Shown here: positions 22,081 to 34,350 of the stretch, one piece after another
How the letters are laid out: every line of letters starts with the position of its first letter
How positions within the stretch are numbered: position 1 is the stretch's first letter
NCBI GenBank assembly: GCA_030390025.1
Contig: CM059426.1
Coordinates: forward strand, 20,522,001 to 20,586,000
Origin: Squalus acanthias
Taxonomy: Eukaryota
Length of the DNA stretch: 64,000 nt
Reading direction: 5' to 3'
Made by a program: the position numbers and the translations under genes
Notes under the pieces: generated by a model
Told to the model about the DNA's origin: nothing
The model's database searches: none
The model's input: the letters and a program-made list of their open reading frames with translations, nothing else

Positions 22081-25000
22081 CATAGATACATAGATACATA
22101 GAAGATAGGAGCAGGAGTAGGCCATCCGGCCCTTCGAGCCTGCTCCGCCATTTAATGAGATCATGGCTGATCCTCCAATTCAGTATCCCGTCCCCGCCTT
22201 CTCTCCGTAACCCTTAACCCCTTTTGCCTGTAGAAATATATCTAATTCCCTCTTAAATATATTTAATGAGCTGGCGTACACTGCCCTCTGTGGCAATGAG
22301 TTCCACAGGTTCACCACCCTCTGAGTGAAGAAATTCCCCCTCATTTCTGTCCTAAATGGTTTAGCCCTTATCCTTAAATTATGTCCTCTAGTTCTGTTCT
22401 CACCCGCCAAGGGAAACATTCCTTCTGCATCGAGTCTGTCTAGACCTGTCAGAATTTTATACACTTCTATGAGGTCCCCTCTCAATCTTCTAAACTCCAG
22501 TGTGTACATCCCTAAACTACATAGTCTCTCCTCATAGGTCAATCCCGCCATTCCTGGTATCAGCCTGGTGAATCGCCGCTGCACCCCCTCCATGGCAAGA
22601 ACATCTTTCCTCAGATGAGGCGACCAAAACTGTACACAGTACTCGAGGTGTGGTCTCACCAGTGCCCTGTACAGCTGCAGCAAGGTATCCCTGTTCCTGT
22701 ATTCCAACCCTTTTGCTATGAAGGCCAGCATACCGTTTGCCTTCTTGACCGCCTGTTGCACCTGCATGCTCGCCTTCAGTGACTGGTGTACAAGAACACC
22801 CAGGTCTCTCTGTACTTCCCCCTCTCCCAATTTATTGCCATTTAAATAATAATTTGCCCTCCCGTTCCTGCACCCAAGGTGGATAACTTTGCACTTGTCC
22901 ACATTATAGTGCATCTGCCATTTATCCGCCCAATCACCCAGTCTGTCCAAATCGCTCTGGAGCTTCCTGGTCTCCTCCTCTGAGCCCAACCCCCCTCCTA
23001 GTTTAGTGTCGTCTGCAAATTTGGAAATGCTGCATCCGACTCCCTGATCCAGGTCATTAATGTAAATTGTGAACAGCTGGGGACCCAGGACAGATCCCTG
23101 TGGTACCCCACTTGTTACTGCCTGCCATTCAGAAAATGAGCCGTTTATTCCAACTCTCTGTTTTCTATCTGACAGCCAGTTCTCTATCCACGTCAATACT
23201 TTCCCCTTTATCCCATGAGCTTCAATTTTCCATGCTAATCTTTTATGTGGGACCTTGTTGAAGGCCTTTTGGAAGTCCAGGTACACCACATCTACTGGCT
23301 CTCCCCCATCTATTTTACCAGTTACTCCCTCAAAAAATTCCAATAGATTAGTCAAGCACGATTTACCCTTTGTAAATCCATGTTGACTCTGTCCTATCCT
23401 GTCCCCATTTGCTAAGTGCTCCGCTATTTCATCCTTAATGATGGACTCCAGCATTTTGCCCACAACTGATGTAAGGCTTACAGGTCTGTAATTACCTGCT
23501 TTTTCCCTACCCCCCTTTTTGAATAGTGGGGTAACGTTAGCTACCCTCCAATCCATGGGCACTGTTCCCGAGTCTAATGAATTCTGAAAAATCATACTTA
23601 GTGCATCCGATATCTCTCGGGCCACCTCCTTCAGCACCCTAGGATGCATGTTATCAGGTCCTGGGGATTTGTCCGCCTTCAATCCCTTTAGCTTCCTTAA
23701 CACCATATCCTTAGAGATATTGACTTGCGTCAGTTCCTCCTTTGCAAATGTCCCTATTTTTCCCGATATCCCAGGGAGGTTTTTTGTGTCTTCCTTCGTA
23801 AAGACTGACCCAAAGTATGCATTTAGTTGGTCTGCCATTTCCTTATTTCCCGTTATATATTCCCCCGTATCTGACTGCAATGGACCAACTTTGGTTTTCA
23901 CCAGTCTTTTCCTCTTGATATACTTATAAAAGCTTTTGGAGTTAGTTTTTATATTTTCCGCCAGCTTGCTTTCATAAGCTATTTTGCCCCTCTTGATTAA
24001 GCCCTTTGTCCTCCTTTGCTCTATCTTAAACTGTTCCCAATCTTCCGCTCTGGTGCTTTTTTTGGCTATTTTATACGCCCTATCTTTGGATTTTATGCTG
24101 TCTCTAATTTCCCCTGTTATCCACGGTTGAGTCACCTTTTTAGATTTCCTTTTATGCCAGATTGGTATAAACAATTTTTGCAATTTTGTCATTCTATCTT
24201 TAAATGCTTGCCATTGTTTATCTACCTCCAGTCCTCCCAGGAATGTTGTCCAATCAGACCTACTCAGTTCCCGTCTAATGGCATCATAATTCCCCTTGTT
24301 TAAATTCAGGACCTTAGTCTCTGAGTCAATTTCTTCGCTCTCCATTTCGAGTGAGAAATCGATCATGTTATGATCGCTCTGACCCAAGGGTCCCCGTACA
24401 ACAAGATTACTAATTAGTCCCTTCTCATTGCACAGTACCCAGTCCAATATAGCCTGTTCCCGAGTTGGTTCCTCGACATATTGATCCAGATAACCATCCC
24501 TTAAACACTCAAGGAATTCCTCCTCCTCATTATTTTTACTGATTAGGCTAGTCCAATCTATATGTAAGTTAAAGTCACCTATGATGACAGCTGTGCTCTT
24601 ATTGCACGCTTCTCTAATTTCCCTCGTGATGCCCTCCCCCAACCTCTATTTTACTATTTGGAGGCCTATATACCACTCCTATTAATGTTTTTCGCCCCTT
24701 GCTATTTCTTAGCTCCACCCATATAGATTCTGTATTAACTGAGTTAATATCCTTCCTTTCAATTGCATTTATCCCCTCTTTTACCAGCAATGCTACCCCT
24801 CCTCCCTTTCTTTTTTGTCGATCCTTCCTAAATACTGAATACCCCTGTATGTTAAGCTCCCAGCCCTGCTCACCCTGCAACCATGTTTCCGTAATCCCAA
24901 TTAGATCATAATTATTAACCTCTATTTCCACAGCTAATTCATCTACCTTGTTCCTGATGCTTCTCGCATTAAGGTATAAAACCCTCAGGCTTTTTTTATG

Positions 25001-25447
25001 CTCACATTTTTTATGAATTAGTTTGGCCCTTTGTTTTCTGTTCCTCACCCTTTTACCATTTATTTCTGTCTGCCTTTCACTTTCCTCTATTTCACTACAT
25101 AGGTTTCTAGCCCCCTGCCATACTAGTTTAAATGCTCCCGAACTGCTTTATCAAAAATTACCCCGAGAACATCAGTTCCATCTTTGCACAGGTGTAGACC
25201 GTCCCTTTTGTATAGGTCACACCTACCACAAAACTGGTCCCAATGCCTCAAAAATTTAAAACCCTCCCTCTTACACCACTGCTCAAGCCACGTATTTAGC
25301 CTAATTATCCTGTTCTCTGTACTCTTACTAGCACGTGGCACTGGTAGTAATCCAGAGATTACTACCTTCGAGGTCCTACTTTTTAGCTTGGCTCCTAACT
25401 CCCTAAATTCTACTTGTAGGACCTCTTCCCTTTTTTTAGCTACGTCC
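22081..25447 (-). mobile_element. Near-complete young CR1 LINE (ORF1 C-terminus plus ORF2)
   Basis: ORF1 SGNH-esterase end (SGLLPVPRAS..RDGLHL), APE endonuclease (NARSI, ITETWL, GDFN, SDHN), RT ([14 protein letters not shown]) and (tctatgta)n tail at 22081-22102. Confidence 0.97.
22180..25048 (-). pseudogene. CR1 ORF2 (APE endonuclease plus reverse transcriptase), one frameshift
   Basis: ORFs 24614-25048 and 22180-24642 join if one base is removed from the C5/G5 run at 24636-24640. Confidence 0.9.
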
Positions 25448-26149
25448 AAATCTCTGCAACCCTCTCTATAGTCCTCCACCCCTTTCTTCCATTCTTCTGA
25501 TTTTGACCTCTTGTGCACCCACAGCCCCCTTGCAGTCTCTGATTCTGTACATCCCCACCGCACCATCCTTCACACCACCATTGGCGACCGTGGCTTCAAA
25601 AGCCTAGGCTTTATGCTTTGAATTACCACACTTACTCCTTTGCTTCTCCATCTCCCTCTCCTACTTAAAACACATCTCAACTGCTTTTTGGTTATCCCTT
25701 ATGATAGCTCCTTTCGCTCAGTGTCAATTATTTGACTATGTCTCTGTGAAGCACTTTAGGACATTTTCTACATTAAAGGCATCATATAAATGGAAATTGT
25801 TGTTCTTGAGAGAATAGGAGAGGGGTCAGTGATGGCAGAGACAATGTGAGAGGGAAACTGGGAGGAAAGAGAGTGAAGGGAGAGAGAATGCGAGAATCAG
25901 AGAGGCAATGGAGGGTGGAAGAGAGAAACCATAAGGGGCAAAAGAGATTAAGAAGAAAGTACAAAAAAATAAAAGCTTTCTGGCTGCCACTACTCCATGC
26001 GTTTTGTTTACCGCTCCAGCCAGGAGACTTTATACTGAGCTGGTGAATATAAAACTGTATTCAAGGGGTCAAGGATCCTGAAGAACAGTATAACGCAGAC
26101 TATCCTACAAATGAACCTTTGAATTACACAGCCTGTGTGTAATCTGTGG

Positions 26150-26378
26150 AGTTTCACAAGAGAATGGGCTGCCTTTAAAGAGGAGATGGTTCGGTACAGT
26201 CTAGGTACATTCCCACAAGGGGGAAAGAGAGGGCAACCAAAGCCAGAGCTCCCTGAATGACGAAGGAGTTAGAGAGTAGGATGAAGCAGAAAAAGGGGGC
26301 GTATGATAGATGTCAGCTTGATAATACAAGGGAGAATCAGGATGAATATAAAAAGTACAGAGGAGAAGTGAAAAAGGT
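26150..26378 (+). mobile_element. CR1 ORF2 internal fragment
   Basis: WAAFKEEM..YIPTRGK.RATKARAP*MTKE linker region between the endonuclease and RT. Confidence 0.7.
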
Positions 26379-26389
26379 AGGAATGGGAC

Positions 26390-26759
26390 TCCACACTTGT
26401 AATATTAATTTTCTGTGCCAAAGAGGTTGATTGGCAGTAATCAACAATTATCACTAACTATCGTTAAAAGATACTTATGCTACTAATTACTAAGCCTAAA
26501 TATCTGCGGTGAGCTTAGTTCATATCTACTGTGCAAATACAGCAACTTCATGACATTCAATACTTGTCAATGGTGATGCAGACATCGCAATGCCGTTTTT
26601 GCTAAGCTAACAGCAGAGCAGCAGAATTTGGACAGCAACTTTTGGATATTGGCGTTTAACTGCGCATCTGCCCCTTGCCTGAAGTAGCTGTACCATTTAC
26701 GCATAAAGAACAATGAGCGCTATTAGCCTCACCATTATTTTGACAGCAAATTCAGGCCC
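26390..26759. mobile_element. Partial Harbinger-type MITE
   Basis: Right end GCAAATTCAGGCCC followed by AAT matches the TIR of 49148; no left TIR seen. Confidence 0.5.
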
Positions 26760-26826
26760 AATACACTAAAAGTCTTACATTTATGCACACTTCCCTGTTA
26801 GGAATTTATAATGGAAAAAAGCTATG

Positions 26827-26976
26827 TCCAGATTTATAATGGAAACTGCCTCTATAAACTTGTCATATTGTAATTACACTCTACCCCTAATACAGGTGAT
26901 GCAGCGTCACCACTTGTCGGAGGGTATATTTAAAGTGTGTCAAATTTACATAGGCAGTTTCCATTATACATGTGGA
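26827..26976. repeat. 150-bp imperfect palindrome
   Basis: tccagatttataatggaaactgcctctataaacttg pairs with caaatttacataggcagtttccattatacatgtgga; centre ggtgatgcagcgtcacc. Confidence 0.85.
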
Positions 26977-28642
26977 TTTAGGAATTTAAAATGAGGGCTG
27001 AATTACATTTGTGTCAAGGTTGAATTATCCTTCGCCCTCTAACCCCATTTTACCTGAAGATTACACTTGCTCTTGACTCCCCGTGTGCAACACCATGGCA
27101 GATTGACTAGAACACATAAAATATAATATTGAAACAAAGAGAAAGATACATGAGAAAGAGATTCAGACTGTAATATCATCTCTGTGTTCAGATGACAGTA
27201 ACAAGTTATTTGAAGCGCTCAATGAGATTACTATCTTGTAATTGGTCTCAGGAGTCCACTGTTCTCTACATACCTGAAATGTGAGTAACACTCTGCTTTT
27301 TGTCTGAATGTTACCAAGGTGAGATCACACTCTTTGCAATGCTGTCACTACACACTACATGAATCAGACATGTAATTTTGTTCTTGTAGTTGAAGGTGCG
27401 GAATTCTGCTAATGCTCTTTTATTGGACAGCAATGCAGCTGGCACCAAGAACTCTGTGCTTTGGTGAATCGAACACGCACGTCACCATTACAGAGCCCTC
27501 TCTGTTGGTGCAGCAACATGGTAAGCCATCACCTTGCCCAGTAAATCTGTCATTCTCATTCCATTACTGCGTTGATTTATTTGAATCCAATTGTAATATG
27601 ATTAGGGTAGCGCATCGTCAATCCAACTGACTCCTGACATCCCCAGGGTCAGGTATAGTGACAGGAATGAACATTAGCCTATCCAGACAATTGCTATACA
27701 AAATGCACAGAGTTTGGAAACTGATCGAGATGCAGCTGGACCCGACCATGTGGAAAATTGCTGTCCTCACAGTGCCAGAAGCCTGCTTCCACTTTTCACT
27801 CTTTTGAAAGACAGGTAGTTATAAACAAATCCATAGGTATGTTTGAGAGATAGTTAGTGGAAGGAATGTAACATTCATCATTCTACTGATTTCAAAGCCT
27901 GCCTTTGCTATACAGACTCCGATAGCGTGCCTGAACTCAAACAATGATATCATTGGTAATCTATCAGCATTAGAAATATTGTAATTCATGCATTCTATTT
28001 TCTCACATAGATTTATGTTCGAGCAGTATGTTCCCAAAAGCAGAAAAAACATCAGTAAAAAAAAGAATGATTCTTGAATAAAGCTGTCACTAGTGGCTGG
28101 GCACTGTATCGCAGCTCCAATGCATTACTCCACAGAGTGGTGCAATGAGGGTTCAAACTATTCATTCCCCCCACGTTAAAACCTCTATTACACTCATGGC
28201 ATTGTGTAAAGGAGCCAAGCCAAGGTGAGCAGCGGCCAAGCAGGTCTCCCACGTGTTGCTGGTGGTTCCATTCAGAGCAATACACGATTCATAACTCTAA
28301 AACTTGAAGATCAGGGAGACCAGCCTTAAAAATCAGGGACAAATAATCAAAATGAGAAACACACTGGGGCTGATAATATGCTTCTTAGGTGCTGCATCCG
28401 TCTGTTTACTAATAAGTTTATCTCGCAAGATAATCTGTCAGCACATTAGAATATATAAATATTGCTCCGGAGTGATTATTTGCAACGCATTTTTGACTTT
28501 CTCTGCGCATGCACGCCTGTTTCATACCACGCATGCGCACTCAATCTGGTTGTGCGTGCGCAGTACCAAACGGTGCGGCGGCTGCGCTTCCCTCGCTTCT
28601 CACGGCTCCATGAGGAGAAGGTCAGGGGATCCATTGGTGGCC

Positions 28643-30730
28643 GGGGGAGAGAGAGGAGAGGGGATCAAAGGAGGGAAGAGAGAGGGGATCGAAGGAGGGG
28701 AGAGAGAGGGGAAAGGATCGAAGGGGGGAGAGGATCAAAGGGGAGGGAGGGGATCGAAGGGGGACAGAGAAGATCGAAGGGGGGAAGATGAGATCGAAGG
28801 GGGGGGAAAGGAGATCGAAGGGGGAAAGGAGATCGAAGGGGAGGGAAAGGAGATCGAGGGGGGGAGAGGAGATCGAAGGGTGGGAGAGGAGATCGAAGGG
28901 GGAAAAGAGATCGAAGGGGGAGAGAGGAGATCGAAGGGGGAGAGAGGAGATCGAAGGGGGAAAGGAGATCGAAGGGGGGGAAAGGAGATCGAAGGGGGGG
29001 AAAGGAGATCGAAATGCGGGAGACGAGATCGAAGGGGGAGAGGAGATCGAAGGGCGGGAGAGGAGATCGAAGGGCGGGAGAGGAGATCAAAGGGGGGAAA
29101 GGAGATCGAAGGGGGAAAGGAGATCGAAGGGCGGGAGAGGAGATCGAAATGCGGGAGACGAGATCGAAGGGGGAGAGGAGATCGAAGGGCGGGAGAGGAG
29201 ATCGAAGGGCGGGAGAGGAGATCAAAGGGGGGAAAGGAGATCGAAGGGGGAAAGGAGATCGAAGGGCGGGAGAGGAGATCGAAGGGGAGAGAGACGGGGG
29301 AGGATCAAGGGGAAAGATCGAAGGGGGGAAAGGGATCGAAGGGGGGAAAGGGATCGAAGGGGGGAAAGGGATCGAAGGGGGGAAAGGGATCGAAGGGGGA
29401 AAGGGATCGAAGGGGGGAAAGGGATCGAAGGGGGGGAAAGGGATCGAAGGGGGGAAAGGGATCGAAGGGGGGAAAGGGATCGAAGGGGGGAAAGGGATCG
29501 AAGGGGGGAAAGGGATCGAAGGGGGAAAGGGATCGAAGGGGGAGAGGGATCGAAGGGGGAAAGGGATCGAAGGGGGGAGAGGGATCGAAGGGGGAAAGGG
29601 ATCGAAGAGCGGGAGAGGGATCGAAGGGGGAAAGGGATCGAAGGGGGGAAAGGGATCGAAGGGGGGAAAGGGATCGAAGGGGGAAAGGGATCGAAGGGGG
29701 AAAGGGATCGAAGGGGGAGAGGGATCGAAGGGGGAAAGGGATCGAAGGGGGAAAGGGATCGAAGGGGGAAAGGGATCGAAGGGGGGAAAGGGATCGAAGG
29801 GGGAAAGGGATCGAAGGGGGAGAGGGGATCGAAGGGGGGATGGGGATCGAAGGGGGAGAGGGGAGCGAAGGGGGAGAGGGGATCGAAGGGGGGAAGGGAT
29901 CGAAGGGGGGAAAGGAGATCGAAGGGGGGAAAGGAGATCGAAGGGGGGAAAGGAGATCAAAGGGGGGAAGGGATTGAAGGGGGGAAGGGATCGAAGGGGG
30001 GAAAGGAGATCGAAGGGGGATGGGGATCGAAGGGGGGATGGGGATCAAAGAGGGGAAAGGGATCGAAGGGGGAAAGGAGATCGAAGGGGGGATGGGGATC
30101 GAAGGGGGGATGGGGATCGAAGGGGGGATGGGGATCGAAGGGGGGATGGGGATCGAAAGGGGGATGGGGATCGAAGGGGGGAAAGGGATCGAAGGGGGGA
30201 AAGGAGATCGAAGGGGAGAGGGGAGCGAAGGGGGAGAGGGGATCGAAGGGGGAAAGGGGAGCGAAGGGGAAAGGGGATCGAAGGGGGGAAAGGGATCGAA
30301 GGGGGGAGAGGGATCGAAGGGGGAGAGGGATCGAAGGGGGGAAAGGGATCGAAGGGGGGAAAGGAGATCGAAGGGGGAGAGGGGATCGAAGGGGGGAGAG
30401 GGGATCGAAGGGGGGAGAGGGGATCGAAGGGGGAGAGGGGATCGAAGGGGGGAGAGGGGATCGAAGGGGGGAGAGGGGGAGAGGGGATCGAAGGGGGGAG
30501 AGGGGATCGAAGGGGGGAGAGGGGATCGAAGGGGGGAGAGGGGATCGAAGGGGGGAGAGGGGATCGAAGGGGGAGAGGGATCGAAGGGGGGAGAGATCGA
30601 AGGGGGAGAGAGAACGAGGGGAGGGAGAGAGGAGAGGGAATCAACAGGGGGGGAGAGAGGAGATCAAAGGGGGAGAAGAGATCGAAGGGGGAGAGGGGAT
30701 CGAAGGGGGAGAGGGGATCAAAGTGGGAGA
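28643..30730 (+). repeat. Polypurine minisatellite block 1, unit about 17-20 bp GATCGAAG(4-7)R(n)
   Basis: Roughly 100 tandem units such as GATCGAAGGGGGGAAAGG; pyrimidines are almost confined to the TC of GATCGA. Confidence 0.97.
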
Positions 30731-31646
30731 AAAGAATTTTAAATGTTAAATTAAATTTTAAAAGAATCGAGAGAAGAGATAGCAAAGGCATTACTACGCA
30801 TATTCAATAATTTGTTAGAAAAAGGTATAGTGCCAGAGGACTGGCTGATAGCTAACGTAATACCGATATTTAAGAAGGGGGATAAAACATGTCCAGGGAA
30901 TTATAGACCAGTCAGCTTAACATCGGTGGTAGGAACAATAATGGAATCCCTACTAAAGGAGAAAATAGAAGAACATCTAGAAACCAAAAATATAATAATG
31001 AATAGTCAACATGGATTTCAAATGGGAGTCTTGCTTGACCAACTTTACTGAATTTTTTGAAGAGGGAACAGAGAGAGCAGACAATGGTAATGCAGCAGAT
31101 GTAATTTATCTGGATTTTCAAAAGGCCTTTGATAAGGTAGCCCATAATAAATTGATGAACAAGATCAGAGAATGCAGAGTCAGGGGACAAGTAGCAGAAT
31201 GGATTGCTGGCTGGCTTCAGGACAGAGAGTAGGGGTAAAGGGTAGCTATTCACAGTGGCAGAAGGTGGGTAGAGGTGTTCCACAAGGATCAGTGCTGGGA
31301 CCACTGTTGTTCATAATTTACATTAACGATTTAGACTTCGGAATCAAAAACACAATTTCTAAATTTGCGGATGACACCGAATTGGGGGAATAGTCAATAC
31401 TGAGGAGGACTGCAACAAGTTACAGGAGGACATTAAATAAATTTGCAGAATGGGCATATAATTGGCAAATGAAGTTCAACACAGATAAATGTGAGGTATT
31501 ACATTTTGGTAGGAAGAATAGGGTGGTCACTTATCACTTGGAGGGTGCGAGTCTAGGTGGGGTAGAGGAACAAATGGATCTCGGTGTACAAATACACAAA
31601 TCACTAAAAGTTGCGACACAGGTTAGAAAGGCCATAAAAAAAGCAA

Positions 31647-31792
31647 GAAGTCGCACAACACCAGGTGATAGTCCAACAGTTTTATTTGAAATGACAAGCT
31701 TTCGGAGCGCTGCTCCTTCGTCAGGTGACTTCACTGGTGTTGTGCGACTTCTCACATTTGTCCACCCCAGTCCAACACCGGCATCTCCACAT
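31647..31792. mobile_element. 146-bp Penelope-derived insertion with inverted pLTR segments and a 14-bp TSD
   Basis: TSD CATAAAAAAAGCAA at 31633-31646 and 31793-31806. Inverted repeat gaagtcgcacaacaccag (31647) / ctggtgttgtgcgacttc (31735). Confidence 0.85.
31692..31728 (-). ncRNA. Minimal type I hammerhead ribozyme motif
   Basis: UCAC-CUGACGA-A-GGAGC-AGC-GCUCC-GAA-AGCU-U-GUCA. Core intact, stem II perfect, one mismatch in stem I. Confidence 0.8.
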
Positions 31793-32304
31793 CATAAAAA
31801 AAGCAAACCAAGCACTAGGGTTTATTTCTAGAGGGATAGAATTGAAAAGTAGGGAAGTTATGCTAAACCTGTATCGAACCTTGGTTAGACCACACTTAGA
31901 GTACTGTGTACAGTTCTGGTCGTTATATTATAAAAAGGATATAGAGGCACTGGAGAGGGTGCAGAGAAGATTTACAAGGATACCAGAAATGGTAGGGTAT
32001 ACATATCAGGAAAGGATGAACAGGCTAGGTTTCTTTTCTCTTGAAAAAAGGCTGAGGGATGACCGAATAGAGTTCTTTAAAATTATGGAAGGTTTTGATA
32101 GAGTGGATACAGAGAGAATGTTTCCACTTGTGGGGAAGAGCATAACTAGAGGTCATCAATATAAGATAGTCACCAAGAAATCCAATAGGGAATTCAGAAG
32201 AAACTTCTTTACCCAAAGAGTGGTGAGAATGTGGAACTTGCTACCACAGGGAGTGGTTGAAGCGAATAGTATAGATACATTTAAGGGGAGGCTAGACAAG
32301 CAAA

Positions 32305-32370
32305 TGGGGGAAGAGGGGAGGGGATCGAAGGGGGAGAGGGGAGGGGATCGAAGGGGGAGAGGAGAGGGGG
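32305..32370 (+). repeat. Polypurine minisatellite block 2
   Basis: Two GATCGAAGGGGG units between two CR1 pieces. Confidence 0.9.
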
Positions 32371-33652
32371 TCGACAAAGTCAACATGGATTTATGAAAGG
32401 GAAATCGTGTTTGATAAACCTACTGGAGTTTTTTGAGGATGTAACTGGTAGAATAGATAAGGGAGAACCAGTGGATGTGGTGTATTTGGATTTTCAGAAG
32501 GCCTTTGATAAAGTCCCACATAAGAAGTTAGTGTGCAAAATTAAAGCACATGGGATTGGGGGTAATATACTGGCATGGATTGAAAATTGGTTAACAGACA
32601 GGAAACAGAGAGTAGGAATAAATGGGTCTTTTTTGGGGTGGCAGGCGGTGACTAGTAGGGTACCGCAGGGATCAGTGCTTGGGCCCCAGCTATTCACAAT
32701 ATATATCAATGATTTGGATGAGGGAACCAAATGTAATATTTCCAAGTTTGCTGATGACACAAAACTAGGTGGGGTTGTGAGGAGGATGCAAAGAGGCTTC
32801 AAGGCGATTTAGACAATTTGAGTGAATGGGCAAATACATGGCAGATGCAGTATAACGTGGATAAATGTGAAGTTATCCACTTCGGTAGGAAAAACAGAAA
32901 GGCAGAGTATTATTTAAATGGTGATAGATTGGGAAATGTTGATGTACAAAGGGACCTGGGTGTCCTTGTACACCAGTCACTGAAAGCAAACATGCAGGTG
33001 CAGCAAGCAGTTAGGAAGGCAAATGTTGGCCTTCATTGCAAGAGGATTTGAGTACAGGTAAAGGATGTCTTACTACAGTTGTACAGGGCCTTGGTGAGAC
33101 CACACCTGGAGTAGTGTGTGCAGTTTTGGTCTCCTTACCTAAGAAAGGATATACTTGCCATAGAGGGAGTGCAGCGAAGGTTCACCAGACTGATTCCTGG
33201 GATGGCAGGACTGTCGTATGAGGAGGGATTGGGTCGACTAGGTCTGCATTCACTAGAGTTTAGAAGAATGAGAGGGGATCTCATTGAAACGTATAAAATT
33301 CTGACAGGGCTACACAGACTGGATGCAGGGAGGATGTTTTCCCTGGCTGGGGGGTCTAGAACGAGGGGTCACAGTCTCAGGATACGGGGTAAGACATTTA
33401 GGACTGAGATGAGGAGAAATTTCTTCACTCAGAGGGTGGTGAACCTGTGGAATTCTCTACCACAGAAGGCTGTGGAGGCCAAGTCACTGAATATATTTAA
33501 GAAGGAGATAGATAGATTTCTAGACACAAAAGGCATCAAGGGGTATGGGGAGAGAGCGGGAGATAGAGGATCAGCCTATATCATATTGAATGGCTGAGCA
33601 GGCTCAAAGGACCGAATAGCCTACTCCTGCTCCTATTTTTCTACGTTTCTAT
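32371..33652 (+). mobile_element. 5'-truncated CR1 LINE
   Basis: QSQHGF to tail (tttctacgtttctat); same subfamily as 3184-4540. Confidence 0.95.
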
Positions 33653-34350
33653 GAAGGGGGGAAGATGAGATCGAAGGGGGAGAGAGGAGATCGTAGGGGG
33701 GGGGAGAGCGGAGATTGAAGGGGGAGGAGAGGGGTTCAAAGGGGGAGAGGAGATCGAAGGGGGGAGAGAGCAGAGGATATTGAAGGGGGAGAGCGGAAAT
33801 CGAAGGGGTAGAGAGGAAATCGAAGGGGGGAAGAGGAGATCGAAGGGTGGGAGAGGAGAGGGGATCGAAGGGTGGGAGAGAGGAGAGGGGATCGAAGGGG
33901 AAAGGAGGTCGAAGCAATGGAGAGGGGAGAGGGGATCGAAGGAGGGGAGAGGGGATCGAAGGAGGGGAGAGGGGATCGAAGAGGGGAGAGGGGATCGAAG
34001 GGGGGAGGAGATCGAAGGGGGGAGAGCAGAGGGGATCGAAGGGGGAGAGGAGGTCGAATTGGGGGAGAGAGGAGAGGGGATCGAAGGGTGGAGAGAGGAG
34101 AAGAGATCGAAGGGGGGAGAGGTGATCAAAGGAGGAAGAGGTGATCGAAGGGGGGAGTGAGGAGAGAGGATCGAAGGGGGAGGGAGAGGGGATCGAAGGG
34201 GGGAGTGAGGAGAGAGGATCGAAGGGGGGAGTGAGGAGAGAGGATCGAAGGGGGGAGTGAGGAGAGAGGATCGAAGGGGGGAGTGAGGAGAGGGGATCGA
34301 AGGGGGGAGTGAGGAGAGGGGATCGAAGGGGGAGGGAGAGGGGATCGAAG
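33653..34350 (+). repeat. Polypurine minisatellite block 3, more diverged
   Basis: GATCGAAGGGGG units with longer GA spacers, including a local run of gatcgaaggggggagtgaggagagag. Confidence 0.95.

Larger units (their letters stand above)
21760..25805 (+). mobile_element. L2 LINE relic (21760-22080 and 25448-25805) split by a CR1 insertion
   Basis: LIHAFAASKL and KLQAIKYSAARILS..HSPIISILADLH remnants; L2 tail gtgaagcactttaggacatttt..atataaatg at about 25745-25795. Confidence 0.75.
30740..32302 (+). mobile_element. CR1 RT fragment lacking its 3' tail, embedded in the minisatellite
   Basis: VPEDWLIANV..NYRPVSLTS, FQKAFDKV, FADD and FRRNFFTQ; runs into repeat units after RLDKQM. Confidence 0.92.

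Noticed and set aside
28304-30810. Long ORFs of 240-653 aa (G/E/R/K-rich on plus, P/S/F-rich on minus)
   Set aside because: Translations of the stop-free polypurine minisatellite, open in most frames; no domain content.
28643-34350. CRISPR-like or coding-repeat interpretation of the regular GATCGAAG units
   Set aside because: The spacers are low-complexity purine runs rather than unique sequences, there are no cas genes, and the context is vertebrate.
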